Origin: a virus
Taxonomy: Duplodnaviria > Caudoviricetes
Length of the DNA stretch: 64,000 nt
Direction: 5' to 3' (one strand)
IMG/VR virus record: IMGVR_UViG_3300043427_002668
Positions within the stretch are counted from its first letter, which is position 1. Every line of letters starts with the position of its first letter. Both the position numbers and the translations under genes were made by a program. Positions 58,333 through 64,000 of the stretch are shown one piece after another. The notes beneath the pieces were generated by a model, which was given only the letters and a program-made list of their open reading frames with translations, was not told the DNA's origin and made no database searches.

Positions 58333-59695
58333 GTTTCTAATTCTTAGAAACCTGTTACATAATGAAGAATATGTCCGAAAAGTAATACCATTTATCAAAT
58401 CTGAATATTTTGAAGATCAAAATCAAAAGATTGTATTTGAAGAAATACTTTCTTTCGTTCAGGAATATAATCAACCAGCAACCAAAGAAGTCCTTTGTAT
58501 TGAGGTAGAGAAGCGGCAGGATATTAATGATACTTCTTTTAAAGATATCATTCATCTTATTTCTTCTCTTGAAGATGTTCCAGTTGAGTTTAATTGGTTG
58601 GTTGATTGTACTGAAAAATGGTGTCGTGATCGTGCAATTTATCTTGCACTTATGGAGTCAATTCATATTGCTGACGGTAAAGATGAAAAGAAAAATAGAG
58701 ATAGTATTCCTTCTATTCTTTCTGATGCTCTTGCTGTAAGTTTTGATACTCATATAGGTCACGATTACTTACAGGATTACGAACAAAGATATGAGTCATA
58801 TCACAAAAAGGAGGATAAAATTGAATTTGATCTTGAATACTTTAACAAAATTACCAAAGGCGGTCTCCCTAATAAGACTCTTAATATCGCTCTTGCTGGT
58901 ACGGGTGTCGGCAAGTCTCTATTCATGTGCCATGTTGCTAGCTCCGTCTTGCTCCAAGGGAGGAACGTTCTCTACATTACGTTGGAAATGGCAGAAGAGC
59001 GCATTGCTGAAAGAATTGATGCAAACCTCTTGAATGTTCCTATTCAAGATATTGTTGATCTTCCCAAACAAATGTTTGAGAATAAGGTCAATAATCTTGC
59101 AAAGAAGACCCAAGGAACACTTATAATTAAGGAATATCCTACTGCTTCCGCACATGCAGGACACTTTAAGTCACTTCTTAATGAACTTGCACTTAAGAAG
59201 TCATTTAGACCTGATATTATTTTTATTGATTACCTTAATATTTGTGCTTCCTCTAGGTATCGCGGAAACAGCAACATCAATTCTTATACATTTGTCAAGG
59301 CAATTGCTGAGGAACTTAGGGGGCTCGCAGTTGAGTTTAATGTCCCGATTGTCTCCGCTACTCAGACCACTCGCTCAGGTTATGGTAGTTCTGATGTTGA
59401 ACTTACTGATACTTCTGAGTCCTTTGGTCTTCCTGCTACTGCTGACCTTATGTTTGCCCTTATTAGCACTGAAGAGTTGGAGGGTCTGGGACAGATTCTC
59501 GTAAAACAACTTAAGAATCGTTATAATGACCCAACCATTCACAAGAGGTTTGTGGTTGGAATTGATAGGGCAAAAATGCGTCTTTATGACTGCGAACAAT
59601 CCGCCCAACAAGACATACTTGACTCTGGAAAGGAAGAAGAGTATGATTATGAGGAAAAGAAACCTAAAAAATCATTTGAAGGATTTAAATTCTAA
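58319..59695 (+). CDS. gp41: Replicative helicase gp41
   Basis: LAGTGVGKS, TLEM, IDYLN, SATQTTRSG, SESFGLPATAD, KNRY. Confidence 0.97.
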   Translation: MEKVEFLILRNLLHNEEYVRKVIPFIKSEYFEDQNQKIVFEEILSFVQEYNQPATKEVLCIEVEKRQDINDTSFKDIIHLISSLEDVPVEFNWLVDCTEKWCRDRAIYLALMESIHIADGKDEKKNRDSIPSILSDALAVSFDTHIGHDYLQDYEQRYESYHKKEDKIEFDLEYFNKITKGGLPNKTLNIALAGTGVGKSLFMCHVASSVLLQGRNVLYITLEMAEERIAERIDANLLNVPIQDIVDLPKQMFENKVNNLAKKTQGTLIIKEYPTASAHAGHFKSLLNELALKKSFRPDIIFIDYLNICASSRYRGNSNINSYTFVKAIAEELRGLAVEFNVPIVSATQTTRSGYGSSDVELTDTSESFGLPATADLMFALISTEELEGLGQILVKQLKNRYNDPTIHKRFVVGIDRAKMRLYDCEQSAQQDILDSGKEEEYDYEEKKPKKSFEGFKF

Positions 59696-59696
59696 T

Positions 59697-60110
59697 ATGA
59701 CTCAAGTTATTGATACAAACAAATATATTGAATTCGTTCGTCAAACTACAAGTCCTGCAAGTAGTGATCTAGCAGCACTTCTTGCTCGTATTGCGGAACT
59801 GGAAGCAACTGCAGATGCTGATGTTCCTCGTCTTCTGACTGCTGCACTAGGTATGAGTGCAGAAGCAGGTGAGTTTACTGAAGTTGTTAAAAAGATTGTT
59901 CTTCAAGGTAAACCTTATAACGAAGAGAATGCTTTTCACCTGAAGCGTGAACTTGGTGATATCTGTTGGTATCTCTCTCAAGCATTTATGGCTCTTGATA
60001 CTAACTTTGAAGAAATTCTTCAAATGAACTATGAGAAACTGAGTGCTCGTTATCCTGAAGGTACTTTTGATGTTTATCGTTCCGAAAATCGTGTGGAGGG
60101 AGACCTGTGA
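59697..60110 (+). CDS. mazG: MazG-like nucleotide pyrophosphohydrolase
   Basis: EAGEFTE..KK and RELGDICWY motifs; NYEKLSARYP; the true ATG is at 59697. Confidence 0.9.
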   Translation: MTQVIDTNKYIEFVRQTTSPASSDLAALLARIAELEATADADVPRLLTAALGMSAEAGEFTEVVKKIVLQGKPYNEENAFHLKRELGDICWYLSQAFMALDTNFEEILQMNYEKLSARYPEGTFDVYRSENRVEGDL

Positions 60111-60292
60111 CTAAAGAAAAACAAGTAACTATTAAAATGGATGCTCGTCAAGCAGCAGCAGTTCGTCAAATTCTTTTTGAAGCACAAAAAGGATACACAT
60201 ATGATGAAGTAAGTGTTCCTCCGCGAATTGCTGATGTTCGTGAAGTCATTCAACAACTTGATGATAGTATTGGTGCTGTAGTTGGTGTTTGA
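60107..60292 (+). CDS. Small hypothetical protein
   Basis: GTG start overlapping the mazG stop, preceded by a GGAG RBS. Confidence 0.65.
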   Translation: MTKEKQVTIKMDARQAAAVRQILFEAQKGYTYDEVSVPPRIADVREVIQQLDDSIGAVVGV

Positions 60293-60322
60293 TAAATAAA
60301 TCGGAAGGTTGCTCTAACCCTC

Positions 60323-60351
60323 TTGACTTTTAGTCGAGAGGGTTTTATAAT
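60323..60351 (+). promoter_or_regulatory. Sigma70-type promoter for the tRNA, with the -35 inside an inverted repeat
   Basis: TTGACT-17 nt-TATAAT; CCCTCTTGACT-TTT-AGTCGAGAGGG inverted repeat. Confidence 0.85.
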
Positions 60352-60361
60352 ATCTGAACTC

Positions 60362-60434
60362 GGGGAATTAGCTCATTTGGTAGAGCACCGCCTTTGCACG
60401 GCGGGGGTGAGGGGTTCGAGTCCCCTATTCTCCA
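60362..60434 (+). tRNA. trnA: tRNA-Ala (anticodon TGC), CCA not encoded
   Basis: Acceptor GGGGAAT/ATTCTCC with the G3:U70 Ala identity pair; anticodon stem CCGCC/GGCGG, loop TTTGCAC; TTCGAGT T-loop. Confidence 0.97.
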
Positions 60435-60463
60435 TTCTAAATATAAGTAAATAGTCATTAAAA

Positions 60464-61801
60464 ATGACAGATACTGAAGTATTGCTAGCTGTAAATATTG
60501 CTTTAAAAAACTACCAAACTAAAGTAGTTAAAGCTGGTCCAAAGGTAGATAAAATCAGAATAATTGCTTCTCAGAGAGCAGAAGCACAAGATCTTATATC
60601 CAAAGAACTTAAGAAAAGAGGAGTTCAATTTGTTAATGAAATTGATAAAAGCGAATCTTCTTTTCCAGTAACTAAAATAGAATTAAAAAAATCAAAATCT
60701 ATTATAAAGTTAATATATAAAAAAGGTGCAGGTGGTGGATCAGGTGCTGGTGCAGCAGTAACTAAGTTAGCCGAATCATCTCAGGCTTTGTATGCTGCGA
60801 TGGCATTTAATGTTTTGAAAAGGGAAATTACAAATAAAGATTTAACAAAAGAAAACTTTCAAAAAGCACTCGCAACTGCTGATACTGATGAAAGTTTTCA
60901 AAAAATGGTGAATGATTTACCTGATGATTGGATAGAGTCATCTATAGCAGGTGCTAATGCCTTATTTAAGATGTATGGTGGAAGTGGAAAATATACTTTT
61001 CATAGAGGATCAAAATCTGTAGAAATTATAGAAAATACGTTTACTAAAATTAATAGAGAAGAACGTGCTTTTGGTAATCTTAATAAATGGAGTCCTGCTG
61101 ATATATACATGATTTCGGATTCTTCTGCCATCAGAGATATATCAGAAGAAAAAACTCTTAAGGGACTGAATGAAAAAATGTTTGAGTACATTCAAAGTAA
61201 AAAGGTGATAGGAGTTTCTTTGAAGAAGAATGAAAGTGGTAAGGCAAAAATAACACCAAAAAATTTTCCAACAGATAAAAAAATAACAACAGCATCATTT
61301 AAAGGAACTACTACAAATTTAGATGCTATGGATGGTTATATTCAATGGGGATCTGCTCCAAGTGAAAAAATTCAATTTAGAAGTTTTGGTGGAGAAACTT
61401 CATTGACTGGATGGCAGGGAGAAATTAAAGGAGCGTCTGCAAATCAAGGTAAAGTTTCTCTTGGTCCATTAAACTATATTTTAAAAAGACACGGATTTAA
61501 AGAACTACCTTCATCGCAAGAGTCTGCTAGGTTAGCGGAACAAAATACTGAGAAACACGCCAAAGATATATCAAAAATGATGGTGGATTATGGATTGATA
61601 AAAAGTGGAGATCTTGATGCTATGGCGTCAACAATTCAATCCAAATCAAACAAATATAGATATTCTAAGTATTTGGTTATGAGATTACTATTGACAATTA
61701 AGAATGCAAATAAAGATAAAGCAGATGAAGTTGTAAAGGATTTATATCTTTACGCAAGTTCTCAAGCAAGTTTTTCAGCACCTTACATAAAGTTAGAATA
61801 A
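60464..61801 (+). CDS. Hypothetical protein, probable PD-(D/E)xK-superfamily nuclease
   Basis: ES.Q helix, NKWSPADIY...VIGVSLKK pattern; preceded by CTAAATA (60437-60443). Confidence 0.6.
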   Translation: MTDTEVLLAVNIALKNYQTKVVKAGPKVDKIRIIASQRAEAQDLISKELKKRGVQFVNEIDKSESSFPVTKIELKKSKSIIKLIYKKGAGGGSGAGAAVTKLAESSQALYAAMAFNVLKREITNKDLTKENFQKALATADTDESFQKMVNDLPDDWIESSIAGANALFKMYGGSGKYTFHRGSKSVEIIENTFTKINREERAFGNLNKWSPADIYMISDSSAIRDISEEKTLKGLNEKMFEYIQSKKVIGVSLKKNESGKAKITPKNFPTDKKITTASFKGTTTNLDAMDGYIQWGSAPSEKIQFRSFGGETSLTGWQGEIKGASANQGKVSLGPLNYILKRHGFKELPSSQESARLAEQNTEKHAKDISKMMVDYGLIKSGDLDAMASTIQSKSNKYRYSKYLVMRLLLTIKNANKDKADEVVKDLYLYASSQASFSAPYIKLE

Positions 61802-61807
61802 TAAATA
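61801..61807 (+). promoter_or_regulatory. Late promoter variant ATAAATA
   Basis: Lies 20 nt upstream of the ATG at 61828. Confidence 0.65.
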
Positions 61808-61827
61808 AAGGTATAAGATTAAACAAT

Positions 61828-63132
61828 ATGAAGAGTTTCTTTACATTTTTATCAGAAGCAACACAATCACAAGCATCTCAGCAGGCTCAAAAAATGGGTT
61901 TGAAAGGAGACGGTCACGGCGGTTGGTTGGATCGTTCTGGTAAAGTCGTAGCAAGAACTGATAAAGGAAAACTGAAGTTCATTGATGGTCGCCAAGCAGC
62001 AGGAGCACAGGAACCCGCTGCAGCACCAAGGCAGTCAGGTGCAGCCCCTATGCCTCAGCAACCTCAAGGAGCACAAGCACCCGCTCCTGCCGCCCCTCAA
62101 GCACCTGGAGCAGCACCACAGGACCAAGAGCAACAACAGGAACTTCCACCACTGACTGTCGTATTTGGTCGTTTTAATCCACCAACAGTCGGACACGAAA
62201 AACTTCTAAAGTCTGCAAAGAGAATTTCTGCTGGTGGAGACATTAAGATCTATCCATCAAGATCTCAAGATCCAAAGAAAAATCCATTGGATCCAAATAA
62301 AAAAGTTTCGTTTATGAAGAGGATGTTCCCTGAGTTTAAGGATAACATCATTAACGATGATGAGATGAAGACCATCTTTAACGTTCTTGTTTCTGCTAAC
62401 GAAGATGGATACACAAGTGTAAACATTGTTGTTGGTTCTGATCGTCAGGCAGAGTTTGAGAACCTAGCGCAAAAGTACAATGGAGATCTTTATACCTTCG
62501 ATCAAATTCGTGTAATCTCCGCCGGTGTTCGTGATGCAGATGCTGAAGGTGTAGAAGGAATGTCTGCATCCAAGATGAGAAAGGCGGTAATGGATAATGA
62601 CTTTGCATCATTCCGTAGAGGAACTCCAAAGACATTGGATGATGGAGATACTCAAACACTCTTTGATGCAGTTCGTCAGGGAATGGGTGCGAAGAAAGCA
62701 TCAAAAGTCAAAAAGGAGAGTTATAATCTCTGGGAGATTGCTCCAAAATGTGATATGAGAAATCTTCGTGAAAATTATGTGAGAGGTAGAATTTTTAGAA
62801 TTGGAGATAAGGTTGAGAACTTAAATACTGGGTTGATTGGTGAAGTAATGCGTAGAGGAACCAATCATTTAATCTGTGTAACAGAAGAAGGTTATATGTT
62901 TAAATCTTGGATTAAGGATTTGATGGAATATACTGAAGTGAAAATGGATAGTCCAATGAGAGATAAGACGCATCCAAATACTTTGGTGGGAACTTTGGGT
63001 GCATTTAAGCATTATGCAAAAATGACCCCAGGAGTAATAGGAACCAATAGTCAGTATCTTCAGAAAGGTGGTAAGGCATACGGAGTCAATTTCATAAATA
63101 AGTATAAGGCAAAGAAAGCAAGTACTTATTAA
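61828..63132 (+). CDS. Cytidylyltransferase-like (HIGH-superfamily nucleotidyltransferase) protein with a capsid-targeting-like leader
   Basis: MKSFFTFLSE leader; Q/P/A linker; FGRFNPPTVGH (HxGH variant), VVGSDR, GMSASKMR. Confidence 0.85.
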   Translation: MKSFFTFLSEATQSQASQQAQKMGLKGDGHGGWLDRSGKVVARTDKGKLKFIDGRQAAGAQEPAAAPRQSGAAPMPQQPQGAQAPAPAAPQAPGAAPQDQEQQQELPPLTVVFGRFNPPTVGHEKLLKSAKRISAGGDIKIYPSRSQDPKKNPLDPNKKVSFMKRMFPEFKDNIINDDEMKTIFNVLVSANEDGYTSVNIVVGSDRQAEFENLAQKYNGDLYTFDQIRVISAGVRDADAEGVEGMSASKMRKAVMDNDFASFRRGTPKTLDDGDTQTLFDAVRQGMGAKKASKVKKESYNLWEIAPKCDMRNLRENYVRGRIFRIGDKVENLNTGLIGEVMRRGTNHLICVTEEGYMFKSWIKDLMEYTEVKMDSPMRDKTHPNTLVGTLGAFKHYAKMTPGVIGTNSQYLQKGGKAYGVNFINKYKAKKASTY

Positions 63133-63133
63133 G

Positions 63134-64000
63134 ATGTCTATTAATCCTCTGAACGATATTTCCAGAGTGTATCTGGAGCAGGTTGCATCAGATTGTGTAA
63201 CCGAAGTTTCTGCTGATCTTGCTCTAAGAGCATCAAAAGAAGCAGGAAAGAGAGCTGGTATTCTTGCTGGATTGAGTGGTGGTGATCCCAAGGTAGCAGC
63301 AAAGGCAAAGAAGAAGAGAGCACAAGCAGAAAGACTTTATAGTAAGCAAGCAAAGAGGAGAGTTGTTACTGTCTCTCCAATCAAAGAAGAGGAAAATGTA
63401 GTTGATGAAACTTCACATCTTGAGACCGATATGAAGAAGCGTCGTGAAGCAAACGAAAAGGCAGTTGAAGATATGAAGAAGACTGATGCTTATAAGAGCA
63501 TGGCGGCAGCAGCAGCAAAGAAGTTTGACGAAGCACTCGATCCCGTAGGGCACGAAGATGATGATGTTGATAATGATGGTAAGAAGAACACCAACGCCGA
63601 CAAGTATCTTAAGAACCGTAGAAAGGCAATCGGTAAGGCAATCTCAACTCACGAAGCAAAAGAAGTGAAGAGATGGTGGGATGATGATGGTGATGGAAAG
63701 GGATATGAGGAAGGAGAAGTATCTGGTAAGTTTAAGAAAAAGAAAAAAATTAAAGAAGGTTTCTCAAATTGGAGACAAGACCTTTCTGAAGTAATGGATG
63801 TCGTTGATAAAGAGCAGAACGATCAAAAAATTACTGAAAAGAAAGTAAATAATAAAATCAAGATTAACCCATCTATGGGTGAGGCAGTAGAAAATCTTGG
63901 TGGAACTCTACTTGAGATGGTAGAGATTGATGAAATGGATTATGTTGTTGAAAGCGTTTATGATGAACTTCTAGAAGAAGGATATGAAGAAGATGATATT
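63134..64000 (+). CDS. 3'-truncated modular charged protein not in the ORF track; candidate capsid-internal polyprotein
   Basis: ATG at 63134, open to the window end: MSINPLNDISRVYLEQV...EALDPVGHEDDDVDNDGKKNTNADKYLKNRRKAIGKAI...WWDDDGDGKGYEEGEVSGKF... Confidence 0.85.
   Translation, partial: MSINPLNDISRVYLEQVASDCVTEVSADLALRASKEAGKRAGILAGLSGGDPKVAAKAKKKRAQAERLYSKQAKRRVVTVSPIKEEENVVDETSHLETDMKKRREANEKAVEDMKKTDAYKSMAAAAAKKFDEALDPVGHEDDDVDNDGKKNTNADKYLKNRRKAIGKAISTHEAKEVKRWWDDDGDGKGYEEGEVSGKFKKKKKIKEGFSNWRQDLSEVMDVVDKEQNDQKITEKKVNNKIKINPSMGEAVENLGGTLLEMVEIDEMDYVVESVYDELLEEGYEEDDI

Noticed and set aside
1-64000. Photosynthesis genes, integrase, rRNA or CRISPR-Cas
   Set aside because: No supporting motifs were seen in this window, so the cyanobacterial host stays an inference.

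Overview
A 64-kb core segment of a T4-like myovirus, most likely a cyanophage (Kyanoviridae-like gene order; the host is inferred because no photosynthesis genes are in the window). All credible genes lie on the + strand. Order: a 5'-truncated giant baseplate protein, gp8, a 2761-aa DUF4815/VrlC-like virion protein, neck/tail/terminase/portal/capsid genes (gp13-gp23, gp3), uvsY, uvsW, gp55, gp47, gp46, a peptidase-vWA protein and a CobS-like AAA+ ATPase, gp45, gp44, dam, gp62, regA, hsp20, DNA polymerase, uvsX, gp41, mazG, tRNA-Ala(UGC), a nuclease-like ORF, a cytidylyltransferase-like protein and a 3'-truncated modular protein. Main observations: (1) gp43 is broken into two genes by a free-standing GIY-YIG endonuclease gene, with no intein or intron, and each fragment carries a new amphipathic helical tail at the break. 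(2) The hsp20 leader has ROSE-type RNA-thermometer geometry (UCGCU pairing with the Shine-Dalgarno, bulged G). (3) Several late-promoter genes begin with T4 capsid-targeting-like leaders, and two look like Glu-punctuated polyproteins, suggesting a packaged cargo set. (4) A 56-aa ORF missed by the ORF track has an NblA-like residue pattern. (5) A G[IV]G[ST]T-type motif recurs across many virion proteins. Family assignments come from recalled motifs and synteny; no searches were run.
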